DNA of 64,000 nt from contig CM022666.1 of the NCBI GenBank assembly GCA_012295275.1, positions 2,728,001 through 2,792,000 on the forward strand. Direction: 5' to 3'. The translations under genes and the position numbers were made by a program. This document shows, one piece after another, positions 24,368 to 37,773 of the stretch. Below the pieces are notes generated by a model. It did no database searches, was not told the DNA's origin, and saw only the letters and a list, made by a program, of their open reading frames with translations. This DNA comes from Chrysomallon squamiferum. Taxonomy: Eukaryota; Animalia; Mollusca. How positions within the stretch are numbered: position 1 is the stretch's first letter; every line of letters begins with the position of its first letter.

Positions 24368-27300
24368 ACAGAGAAATGTCAGCCATTTTTAGTCACTTCC
24401 CAGTGCATATTAAACACTGTCATGTCTCCATTTTGTATCTGACTGTGAAAAAACAGAAAATCAGAACAGTACTCAGACGTTCCAATGTTTTGTTGTTGAT
24501 GTCATGCATTGATTATTATTTTATTTATTAACTCTGACATTCATCCATTTTCAGCTGTGATATGAAGGACACATATAGCTAAATTTGTATTTTAGTATTT
24601 ATATATACATAAATACATATGTATATATATTTATATATATATATATATTTCATGGCAGTCTTGTACATAGGAAGCATATGTTATTTGAATTTTACAAATG
24701 TTCAGTTGTGATTTATATTTTCTGAAAAATTGTTCCATATATCTGTAATAATTTCATTCATATCAAAATCCAGCATCTGTTGTTGTTATAAAGTATTTAA
24801 GTGAATTAGAATATTGTATGTATTCCATTAACTGCATAATACAAATAAATGTAACAAAGTATGTGAATATGTTGAATATATTTTGTCAAAAATCAAATTA
24901 GTTATCTGTATAATTTATTTTTTCTAAATTTTTTATGTTTGAATTAATTTGATATTTTTTATTTAAAAAAAAAAAAAAATTATAGGTAAGGAGGTTTAGT
25001 ATGTGTGTAAAAATAGTTAATTTTAAGAATACGTTTAATTTAAATTTGAAGAGTTTGTGACCTGTATATGACACGCATTTTGTAAAATATTTTATCAATT
25101 ACTCCCAATCCAAAAATTAATAAAAATATAAATAAATAAAAAAAAAAAAAAAAAAATGAAATGATTTTATGCTATTATTTCCTTTGCTGGTTTTCAAAAT
25201 TTTCTTTCTTTCTGTTTCATTTTAAATGTAATTGTATCTTTAAATATTTATTAACAGTTCAAATATATTGTTGATGCATGATAGCAGAGGATGTTACCTG
25301 TAGCATCTTTATCTGTATCATTTGTAAAAATATTGAGGATTCTAACAACATCATTACTAAAAGTTCTGAATGTCCTCCTATTTTTCATCAGTTTGTAGAA
25401 TTTCTAAAGAAAAGAGTTTATTGTTTTTTGTTCTTTTTCATTTGTTTTAATTTACTTCTGAAGACCTACAAAATTTTCTTTGATTTGATGGTAGAAAGAA
25501 AACCCAATTAATTTATTTTAACTGAAAAACTGAAATACAGACAAATGTCTTCACATATTCAACATGTATTTAGCTATGAAAAAGAATGTTTTGAAAAAAT
25601 ATAATAGTAGACATTCTTGCTAAATAAGAGAGACAGTATTGAATTATCCTATAAATTTCATTTTCTCTAGCAACAGAATATTAATATAAAAACAAAAAGA
25701 ATACATTTTTATTATTATTATTATTATTATATATTTAACTAAATAATTATTACAGAATCCAGAGAGCAGGCTCATAATTTAGATTTTTAATACATGTGTG
25801 CATGTTTCTGTTTCTTTGATAATTTATTCTGTTAATTTGATAATTGCAAAATAAATTTTATTGGAAATGAAAGAAAATTGATTTACAGATGCTCATCATT
25901 TTACAGATTTTAAATTTATTATTTTCTTTGTGGACATGAAGGAAATTATTATTATTATTATTTTGTTGAGAAGTGGGTATTTAATATTAAATATATCAGT
26001 AAAATCTACTGATTTCTTCAGATATGAGACATCTTCATGTTTTAAATGAGCTGTTTTGGAAATTAGAATAAATGTTTTGTTTTCTATCAGAAGTGGAAAT
26101 TTCATGTTGTAGACATCCGTCCATCAAGTTTACTTGAATAAATTTGTTAAAAAAACAAATGATTTTTCTTTGTTGTTTTGTTATTTCGTATAAACCTGTA
26201 AGAAATTCATTGAATAGGCTTTTGTTGTATATTTGTTTTGATTTTTGTAGACTAAATTAAGAGAATTTGTGAATGGTCCGAGAAATGAGAAGATCATATT
26301 AAACGGTTGTCAGTTTACTTGTTTTAATGCTTAGTGAGAATTCAAACATTCTTAGTCACTTCATCAAGCTAAAACAAATGTCCAAACCCAAAATATAAAA
26401 TAAAACTGGACCATAGTAAATAAGCCAAGCAGACATTATGGAGACAATTTACATACTTTTTACACTTTTGTATTTATTCATATTATTATTATTATTATTA
26501 TTTTTTTTGACCCCTCCATTGTGTCAAGAGATAAAGCCATATTGGAAAAAAGCATTTCATAAGAATTTTATTGTAGAAACGTTTCACTGAAGAGGATTTG
26601 GAAATTTAAGTTTACAGGATAAAATCATTGTAAGCGAACATGAAGAGATTTGTATTGCAGATACAGAAGTGCCATTACAGGCACCCTAAATGCTTTGAAA
26701 GTCATTTTAATTTTTGATGAGAGATATTATCCTTGCCTTGGGGACATTTTTGATGGTCCAATTAATATGTGATCTTTAGTATCTGTAGAAATATTAAAAA
26801 TAAGTTTGAGATATTTCTGCTTTGAGTTCCTGATGGCACTGTTGCTGTTTTTTAATATTCACTATTTTGTCTTTTTCTTGTATATTTTCAACTTTCCTTG
26901 GCTTAAAGAAACTTGATGTCATGTGATGCCATTTCTGTTGACTATTGAATTTAACACACATCTTGCTAAAGATGTATTTATGATTCTCATACTTAAAAGC
27001 AACAACAATCTTATGAAGAACAGCATCTTGAACAGTGTGTTGATTTATCACTGTCTTACCACCCATTTCCAGTTTCAAGTTTTAATAACAAAACTTGTGA
27101 CAAAAGGCAAGAACAAAAAAAAAAACAAAAAAAAACACGTTTCGTTGAAAAAAATATTTTTATTGTCTACTTGAAAAATGCTTGAAACAGAAAAAAAGGT
27201 AATATAAAATGAAAATACATTTATTTACAAAATAATAACAATGTCAAACGATTCAACAAAAGGAAATGCTTGGTGAGATAACTGACGTTTAATGTGGACT

Positions 27301-28921
27301 TACAGAAATGGGCTTTATAGTTTATTCCTGTCACTACATCATCACACAAACAAAGAACAAATAGCATACTTGCCTGCCCAGTTCACCTATTTTTTTTTTT
27401 TTTTTTTTTTCTTTTTAACAGACTGAAAAACCTTATAATGAATGAAGTATTTGAAATTTTAATATATCAGAAGTTTCAGAGTATTTTCAATTTTGAAAAT
27501 GTAACAAAAAATGTAAAATTGTTCTATGCATGGATGGTTTTTTTTTTTTTTTTTCTTTCAAATTTGTATATACTGTTATTTAGTAGATGCCAGAATTTGA
27601 TTATATTTAATTATTTTTTTAAATATATTTCTTAATATTTTTTTAATACTACAAAGAAAAGTTTATTTATTTTTACTTCTGGAGAAAATGAAAATTGCAA
27701 CTCTTATAAATTAGTATTTTATTAGAATTTATTTCTAATTTTATTGTATTTTATATTTCAGTTCAAACTGCAAGAAAATATTGGTTGTTAATTTATTCCA
27801 ATTTTAAATTTTAAAATCAAATAATTGAAAGATTCAGTGTCACAGTCAGCAGGTTTGTAAACGAAATTAAAAAAAAAAAATAAAAATAATAACAAATAAA
27901 ACCATTAACATTAAAATTAATGAAAAGTTAAATAAATACTGTTTAAATAAAATTAAATATTATTTCTGGATATATAATATTATTTTCACATTTCATTTAT
28001 GGGCATAGACCAAAATTTTAAATTTTAAATGTAAACGATACAAAAATTCAAAGATTATAAAACGTATTATTATTTTTTTTTTTAAATATCCTTCTTGGCA
28101 GAAGGGGGAAACCAGAAAAGAAGTAAAAGTGAAGTTTTATTCAGTATAGAACGGTGCTAAAATTTCTGAAATTTTCTGTTACGGAATTTGAAAATTTATT
28201 GAATTTAATGAACTATGAATATAAGATGAAAGATTAATTATAACTTATAACCATCTGACCTGCAACATTTCACTAACCTTTTAACTCACTAACCTGAAAT
28301 GTTCTCTGAATGAGTATATTTTTACACGTTTAATTTAAATTTATTAAAATTTTTACATCTGGAAAAGGATTTAAAATTTTATTTATAACAAACTACCAAT
28401 TCTGCATAAGGTTGATTTTAAAAAAAAAATTTCTTCTCATTATTAATTTTTGCTTTTATTTCTTTTATTCTAACCAGATTTTCAAAAGTATCCTTTATTA
28501 ATGAAAATCTTCTTTGGCAGTATAAATTCTTAAAACAAATTTAAACGTAATAATACTTCAATTTTTTTTTTTTTTTTTTAACAAAATGTTTTTGTGCTGC
28601 ACTGTTGATGTTTTTTTTTTTGTTTTTTTTAAAGGAATTCTTAATTACTGGAGGACAGATTTCTTTGGCAAATATTCTGTTATGCTAAACAAATGATTTA
28701 TTAACACAAAAGTTGACCCGAAAGGGCGAGAGATCAGAAGTGACAGACAAAAGACTGCCAAAAGCACCAAGTAACTGGCCTCACTTTTCTTAACTCGGAA
28801 TTAAATAAATTTTAAAAAACATTTTAATTTGTGCTGTTAACTGTTGAAATAAACTTTTTTTTTTTAAATATGTACTTCTTCTAATAATAATAATAATATA
28901 ATTATTATTATTTTTTTTTTT

Positions 28922-28952
<31 letters not shown>

Positions 28953-31237
28953 CTGTCCATATGAAAAAAGACAATATTTTAATTATCTTTTTTCGTTTTT
29001 CTGTTTGTTCAGAAAAGAGAAAATCAATATCTATTTTACTTCTTCAGAAAAGATTCTTACGTATTAAGTAAATTTTCAAAAATACAAAGTTTTGAAGTAC
29101 ATTTTTATTCATTTTCATTCGTTTTATTATTGATACAAGCGTTGTTGTTGTTTTTTTGTCATATTTAAAATAAAAATATCTTCATTTTTTTTTTTGTTTC
29201 TGAAATGTTTAAAACTACTGCACTTCATTAATAAAAAAAAATAATAATAAAAAAAAAGGTTTCATTTCAACAATGTAACAGCCATTGATACATTGATATA
29301 TTTTCATTTACTTTTTTTTGGCCTTCAAAAAATAATATATTTTTTGGAACATGGTAACTTTACTGCATAGCGTTATTTTAAGGTTTTATTTTTCCAGTTC
29401 AGAATAAAAAGTTATAAAAGTATATAACAGAGATACTTCTGGTGTTTTTGTCAAACCTTTCACCAATTCTACAGAAACCTTAAAAATTAAGAAGAAAAAA
29501 ATGCAAATTGAAAAAACTCATTATTTTTCTTTTTCAGAGTATGTTCTAACAACTTTAAAGGTATCAGTAAGTAAAAATTAATCTTACATTTTTATCATTA
29601 AAGATTTATTATTATTCCTTACTTTATGTTAATTTATTAATGAATTATAATTATTTTTCCACTTAGATAACAAACATCAGTCCTTTAGATAATAGTATGA
29701 AGTAAATAACATCGTTTGCGTATGGCCGGCCAGCTCATGAATATTCATATTGCACATTCAACAGTTGGGAAATTTGCTTCTGTTCAGGTACTGGTAAGAA
29801 TAAACACGACATGATTTTTTTTTTTAAATTTACTTCTTTTGTTTTGTTAAGCAAAACCTCAATTTATTTATGTTTAGTTTTCAATGTTCTAAATTATTTT
29901 CAGATATATGGAATGGAGTATAGTGGTATTCATATCGTTTTATTATTAATTAATTAATTAATTAATTTAATTATTTATTTATTCTAATTATTATTTCTTT
30001 TCTTCTTATTCTTTCTTTGTATTTTCAAAACAAATTTTTTTAGTCAAGTAATAAAATGTATAATTATGATCAGTTAACACATAATAACTGTTTTAAATCT
30101 TATTTTAATTTTGTACACTATATCATAATTTTCTTTATTTCTTGAAATATTATTTTTGCATTTATATTTAGGAAATCACCTTTCACTTTTTTCCCATTGC
30201 ACTCCCAACATAACTGAAGATGAAGATTTGATGAAATCTTAGCCTGTGTCTGTGGTTTTTTAGTTTAAATTTGAGACAGGTGTGAATTTTTTATGAAACA
30301 AAAATCTCAGAATTGAATTAGAAATTTGGTTAAAATGTTTATAAAATTTTAAAAACATAATACGTAGCGTTACTGATTTCTGTATTGAAAATTATGAGAC
30401 CAGAGTACATTTTGTAGATACATTTATTTATTATTGAGGAGACAGATACTATATTTTGAGTGTGTCTATAACATATATATATATAAATATATATATATAT
30501 GTATAATATACATAAACACACACAGGGTAATATTGGGTTGTTTTTTATAAGATTATATTAAGGTGAAGTAAAGATTGTATGTCTTCTGAAGACTTTTGAA
30601 AGACAAAATTAATTTTTTTTACAAAAAAAATTTAAAAATTAATAATTATGACGATTAAAAATGCACATCAAACAATTCATTTTATAAATGACATTTAAAA
30701 ATTTAGAGACCTAGATCTGTCCAAGTCTTTAACACACACACTGTCCTCTTGCTCAAAACTACATGCACTTCACAAACTTTAAATTTAAAAAAATAAAATT
30801 TAAATATAAAAAAATATAAAAATTTTAAAAAATAAAAAATAAATTAATAATAATAATGAAAATAAAAAGAGTGAGACTGAAATCTGCGGTGTTCGGAAGC
30901 TAATTAAATGTGAAGCTTTGGTAGTGGCAAGGTTTGATTGGCTTAAATTCTAGGAAGACTTTGAGTGAATTACAAATGTATTTACAATTAAAAAAATTTA
31001 ACGTAATTTGAAAAAGCATTGAAGCTGAATTTTTGATGAATGGAAACTTGTATGCTGGTTGTTTTTATTTATTTATTTATGTATTTTTTTAATTTTACAT
31101 TATTTTTTTATTTTTAACTATCAAATTATTAATAATTAATTAAGAAAATGATAAGAAAAGACCAACTTTATTTTCACTGAATTTGGAATCCACTCAAAGT
31201 CTAACCATAGCAACTCCGCACATAGCTTTGTAACAAG

Positions 31238-31380
31238 AATTCTGATTTGTTGTCTTTATACCAAAACAAATTCTGATTGGTTGTTGTCTTTATACCAAAA
31301 CAAATTCTGATTGGTTGTTTTCTTACTGACACACCCTCTCTCTCTCTGTACATTCTGATTGGCTGTTTTCTTACCAATCA
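31238..31380. repeat. Short tandem repeat containing inverted CCAAT (ttctgattggttgtt)
   Basis: About 4 copies. Confidence 0.75.
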
Positions 31381-31618
31381 TCACTGTGAATGGCTTTTAA
31401 CCAGAATTTCTTGATAGTGAAAGTTTTGCAAGCTATAAGCCCATTTGATTCTGAAGCTGCTTCATATAATGGGTTTTGGTTTTGGGAAAAGCATTGCTTA
31501 TAGTGCAGATAATAGGGAAATTGTTGTTAATAAGAAAACAATTATTTCTCCAGAATTGTAATCAGTTTTTTCAGCTGCAGGTAATTTTATATGTATTTTA
31601 GCTCTTAACTCCATTTCA

Positions 31619-31652
<34 letters not shown>

Positions 31653-33519
31653 CGTTTTGTCTTTAATTAAAATAGCACCAGTATTTGTCGAAAATTTACA
31701 ATTTTTATGTCATTTTTGTCTTTGTGTTAATAACAAGTATGTTTTTAAAATGGAATTTTGTTTAAAAGTTTCTGTAAATATAAAGTACTATATAAACTGT
31801 TTTATGCCGATATTTGTTATTTTAATAAATTAATAATTAAATGACAAATAAAATTAACTTCAAAAAAAAAATAATAATGATAAAAATAGTAATTAAAACA
31901 AACTTTATAAAAAAAGAATAAGGAGAAAAATAAAATAAAAATAAATAAATATAAAGAAAAATAAAGAAAAAAGAAAGAAAAACCTAAGAAAAAAATAAAA
32001 GAATGAAAGAATTAAAAAAACAAGAATGTGTATTAGATTTCTTTACCTTCTTCTTGTCCCAAAACTTATAGTGTTCTCTGTACTATTGTCTTTGTGTACA
32101 TTTTTATTGTTTTATTAGTCTTTGTTTCTGTAATTATGTAGAATTATTTATCTGAAGTCATTTTGGAAGATAGAATTATTATATTAATTTTGAGAATACA
32201 TGATAGGAATAAAAATTATAAAGAATAAATAAATAAATATTTAAATAAATAAATAAAAGAAAAATATAAAAATAACTGTTGTAAAGCTTTAAAAAAGAAA
32301 ATCTGAATAAACTAAAAAAAAAAAAAAGAGTGAAATGTTTATAAGTATTGAAGACTAATATTAAAATATTAAAAATAATTTTAAAAATGACTTCATCATG
32401 TATTATTTCTATAAAACTTGAAAATATCAGCATTTTTTATCAGGCAAAACTTCAGTTAGGACTAAACATTTGAAAGAAATGAGGACATATCATCTTGTAA
32501 TTTCTCGGTTGAAAGATATCAACAAAAGGTGTAATTTGATTGGTCAAAAGGGAACCAATAGTTCATGTTATTTTACGTAGACACATTGTTAAATTTTTAT
32601 TCAGGCATAAGATGGTATGAAGATTAAGTACGTTAACTATAATTTAATAGAATATTATAATAATATTATTTATTAACAATTTTGATTAATTTTCTGATTA
32701 GTGTTTTGTATTATTTGTTATTTTATTTTGAAAGTTAAGTTATGAATGTTTTAAAGCTGAAAATTATTCAGATTTTTATTTTAAATATTATGTGCAGCTT
32801 AATAATTAGAGAAATAATAAAATAGAAATCAAGTGAAGAAACTGAAGCACTTTGGAGAAAAGCAAGTTAGTTGGTAAGCAAGTAGCATTTCCCAGCTTGC
32901 ACTGCTCTCTGTCTTCATAATGTTTTACAAGACAGCCATTTTGTCCTTCCTCAAGTAAGCAAGAAAAAATTAAACTTTATCTTATTCCTTTATTTTATTT
33001 TATTAAAATTTAAAAAATAATTTTTTAAGTGAACAAATCAGAAAATATATTCTTTAAATATATATTTTTTTGCCTAAAGTATGATATTTGTTTAAAATAT
33101 TTTAATGTTATTTTTACTTGAAGGAATTTCAGTTTATTTCAAAGAATTAAATGCTGGCTAATCCTAAATTGTTTGATTAACAGTACAGGTAATAATTAAA
33201 TTTAAATAAAAATTTTCATTAGTATTATTGATCATAAATAATTTTTTTACAAATTTCCAAATACAAATTTGAATAAATGGCTTTTTAATATTTAAATTTT
33301 TTTCTCAACAGAAATCACATTATTACATTTTTATTTATTTAACTTGTATATCAGTCTCCTCAATCTAGAAAACTTTCAACTACATCGAAAAAGTTCTTCA
33401 AATCTAAAATTTCTTTAAATATTTTAAATTAATCAAAATTAAACTTGAATCATATAAAAATAACATCTTGAAAACCTTTATCCTGAACTACACTGTAGAA
33501 AACGACACTGGTTATGTCA

Positions 33520-33806
33520 TAAGAGCGAGGCAAGACATTTTAAATTTATTTGTTTATATGTAAGAATAATAATAATAATAAAAATAATAAACGTAGCAAA
33601 TAAATGAACACTAGAATAGAGAATATAATCATGATTTTAGTGTTTATTTCTGTTCTGTGTTTGACACTTATAATAGCAATGCAGACAGACACAAGAATAA
33701 AAAAAGCATTTTAAAACACTAAAAAGAAGCAGCTACCCAAGTAGCGAATGTAAGCAAGCCAGTTCTAGGAGTAACATATTTTATAGTTTACAAGCAGATA
33801 CGGGGG

Positions 33807-33837
<31 letters not shown>

Positions 33838-33918
33838 TTGTGAACCTTTTTAAGTGCACATTTATATTAACCACAGGATGAATTCTTATTCAATCATTGA
33901 AAAAAAAAAAAAATAATA

Positions 33919-33960
<42 letters not shown>

Positions 33961-34155
33961 ATGGATGCATTCCTACATAGCAGCATATAAAAGAAGCAAA
34001 ATATTTTATTATTAATTTTTTTTTAAAAATTTTGGTAAAATATATATATATTTATTTATTTTATATATTGGTTTTCTTTTGTGTGCAGCTAGCTATTTCA
34101 AAGGTTAGTTTTCTTTTCTTGAAGGTTTAGCACATTTGTCAGGCAATGGTGGCTT

Positions 34156-34200
<45 letters not shown>

Positions 34201-34401
34201 TTAATCCCTCCTACCCCTAAAAATGTGAAACTATTTTGTTCAGTCTAGGCTGTAATGCTATTTGCCTTTACAGCAGACATTAAGCCCCGCCTCCTATATA
34301 AAAATTGACCAATGAAAAAACTTAGCCAACCAGAACTGTTTGACAGTTCACAGCAAATAAGTCCAAAAGCAAAAAACATGATTTTGTGTGGCTAGGCGAA
34401 G

Positions 34402-34437
<36 letters not shown>

Positions 34438-34526
34438 AAAGTCACAAAATATCGCATCTTGGAACATTTTATGTCCAAATAATTAGTATTAAAATTATTT
34501 TAAAATTTTATTATTATTATTATTAT

Positions 34527-34568
<42 letters not shown>

Positions 34569-35670
34569 AACATTTTTTTTGTTTTTGTTTTTTTGTTAAG
34601 AATCTGTATCTGACTGACATCTGATAAAATAAACAAATTTATTGTTAATAATTAACAATTATATAACAAAGACGACCACTGTGTTTCACACATTGAGGCC
34701 GAAAAGTCAGTATGGAGGTTCAAACAACAGTGAAATTATAATAGTAACAAAAAATTATTATTATTTTTTTTTTTTTTGTAAAAAAAGAAAAAAAGAAAGG
34801 ATAAACACACATTCTACACTGTACATGATTAAACTCCCACTAAGGAAGAAAAGGTTTGCAGCAAATTTTATCTAAAAAAGTTAAAAACAAAATTTTAAAT
34901 TATTTTAGATTATTTAAATTAGATTATTTAAATATTTAACAAATGGATATACTAATTCTGATGTTTAAGTTTAGATGTATTTTTTTTATTAGTTTATAGG
35001 AATTTGTTGAAATATAAATATGTATATATAGCAGAGAATACTTTATTTTAATCAACATTGAACACGCTGTTTATTTCTCAAAACCAAAGTATATAACGTA
35101 GACATTTTTGAGCAAAATTAAAATTATTATTATTATTTTTATGACTCAATTTGTTTTTTACAAGATTTTTAACAATTTTATTTTAATACAGTTACAGGAG
35201 ACATATTAAAAAAATAAAAAATAGAAATAAATTTTAAAATATTGAGACTTGTATGTTAAACACATATGGCATTAGAGACAGTACTTATTTCTATATTTCT
35301 GAATTTTTTTTTACAAAAATAATTTTCAAAAAATATTATATATATCAATTTTACAAACAGAATATTTCTCAGACAAATTAAGTTTTTATATATATAATAT
35401 TAATACTAAATTTAAGTTTATGCTTATTTTTGAAGTTTACTTGAACTTATTTAAATTAAATTTGCTGCAAACAACTTTTCTAACAATAATTTTTTTTTTT
35501 TTTTTTTTTTTTTTACAACAGTGAACAAAAAATGTACAAGACAAAAAGAAAGAACAAAAAAAATATGGCCACCGATTTTATAGCTGATCACAGCATTGGG
35601 TGAAAAAAGAGCACCTGATAAATTTTTTTAAAATCCGTACATTAAATTGAATTTGCAAATATGGGACCAC

Positions 35671-35701
<31 letters not shown>

Positions 35702-35868
35702 AAAATCACTTTGGATCATCCATTTGGGAAAAAAAAAAAAAAATTAATAAGATTAATAATTAATAATAAAAGTCCTTTGAGGACGAAAGTAGCACATACA
35801 TCATACAAAATAGGAAGTCATTCATAACCATTGTAACGTCAATGAATATAGTCTCAAGTACTTGTTAC

Positions 35869-35909
<41 letters not shown>

Positions 35910-36478
35910 ATTATTATTTTTTTTTTTTGTCATAAAACTCGAGACCATGTTACAATAAAAACAAATGTTCTTTCTTAACATGGTGCATCATGACATACAA
36001 ATTACAATTAAAAAAAATATCACATTACTAAGAAAAATATTAACATGTACGACAACATAGTATGTTACATTTCAATACAAAAATCTACAAATTAAACATT
36101 TGTTTAAAAATGATACACATATATATGTTCAATAGTAAATAATTAATTGTACAAAATGAATTGCAAAAGAAAATGAAATTAAGGATTAAAAAATGTTATT
36201 GTAAAAAGTTGAAATAAAATTTAAAAATCCCCAAAATGAAATAGAATCAAAACTGTACCCTTTATTTATAACATAATAAAATTTTAAAAAAAGAAAGAAG
36301 GAAATGTTAGAAAATTATAATACAAAAATAAAACAAAGAATTTTTTTAAAATTCTACAAAAAGAAATGATAATAAAAAAAGACAGTGTTGTATTAAAAAA
36401 AACCACAAAAAAAAAAAGGTGCATGCTTTGCCATAGTTAAAACAATATCACACCAAATTTTTTTAAAATCCACAATCC

Positions 36479-36543
<65 letters not shown>

Positions 36544-37741
36544 AAAAAAAAATGATTTGACAGATTTAACAAATTTCAATAAAAATTTACAAAACTCCGA
36601 CAGCGTTCGGAAAAATTCTCTTAGAGAAACACAATTTAGCACTTAATAAAAACATTTTGTTTTTCACTTTCTTTAAAATTTATCAACAGCAGTAATAAAC
36701 ATCATATGTTATATTTTTTTATCAATTTTACAAACAGAATATTTCACAGAAAGTTAAGTCATAGATTTCTGAAACAACTTTATAAGTTGATACTTCCATA
36801 AAAAAACAAAACAAAAAACAGAAATTGTATTATTATAAATTTTTGTTTAAACACTATAAAATCACTTACAACAAATAAAGTATGTACAATCTATGTGCAG
36901 TTTTATAAGTATATCGACAAACTGTGACTTTTACAAACTTGATTCAAATAAATTTAAAAAAAAAAAAAAAATTAAAATACAAAATATAATTAAAATTCAC
37001 AATTTCTGATTTAACATACATAAGGAAATTTCACATATTTAACGAACCTGTACATAATGAGATTGCAAATTATTAAATAAACTATTATTTTATTATTATT
37101 TATTAATTAAATTAATAAAATTATATTGTCTTATTATCCTTAATAATCCTGCTTTTTTTTGGGGGGGGATGAAATTACTTCATTCTTATATCAAAGATTT
37201 TAAACATGTCTTCATTTTATAATTTATAATAAAAACAGATTAAAGATTAATAACAAAATAAATTTGATATTTTCTAAGCTTGTATTTCACAGAATTGTTT
37301 TACTTGCTCAGTTTTTAAGTTCTAAATATTCATAAAAGTGACAGTTCTTTGGAATTTTCGAATCCATATCGACATACGAATTAGAAATGAGTTGTGGATG
37401 AAATTCTTCTCTGATGTTTTTAATATCACCAGAAAAAAAAAAATTAAAAAACAAGAAAAATAAAAGTCACTCGGTTTCAAATATATGCAGCCTTATTAAA
37501 AAGAGAAAAATATATTCCTACAAATTTAAACTTTTTCTAACCTCAATGATTTTAAAAATGCCAAAAAACAACTTATTTTTATAGCCAAAAATTTAAACAA
37601 CAACCAAATTTAGTTAATTTTTTGTTGTTTTTTGTTTTAGTAACTATTCTTTATCAGATTACAAATATTTTTCATAAATTTTCATCTAGCAATTTTGATA
37701 AAGCAAATTATTTTATTTTTTTTATCGGAAATCTAAAACAA

Positions 37742-37773
<32 letters not shown>

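Noticed and set aside
28488-28496. Perfect U12 donor GTATCCTTT 10 nt after an acceptor-like site
   Set aside because: No coding context or matching U12 branch/acceptor identified; it lies 4 kb past the IFT80 stop.
28710-28735. Hammerhead-like CCC-GAAA-GGG-CGAGA hairpin
   Set aside because: The CUGANGA core is absent, GAAA is replaced by GAGA, and stems I and III were not found.
35321-36760. ~40-bp dispersed duplicate (tatcaattttacaaacagaatatttc) at ~35343 and ~36720
   Set aside because: Looks like a local duplication, with no terminal repeats or internal coding sequence to support an LTR or MITE.
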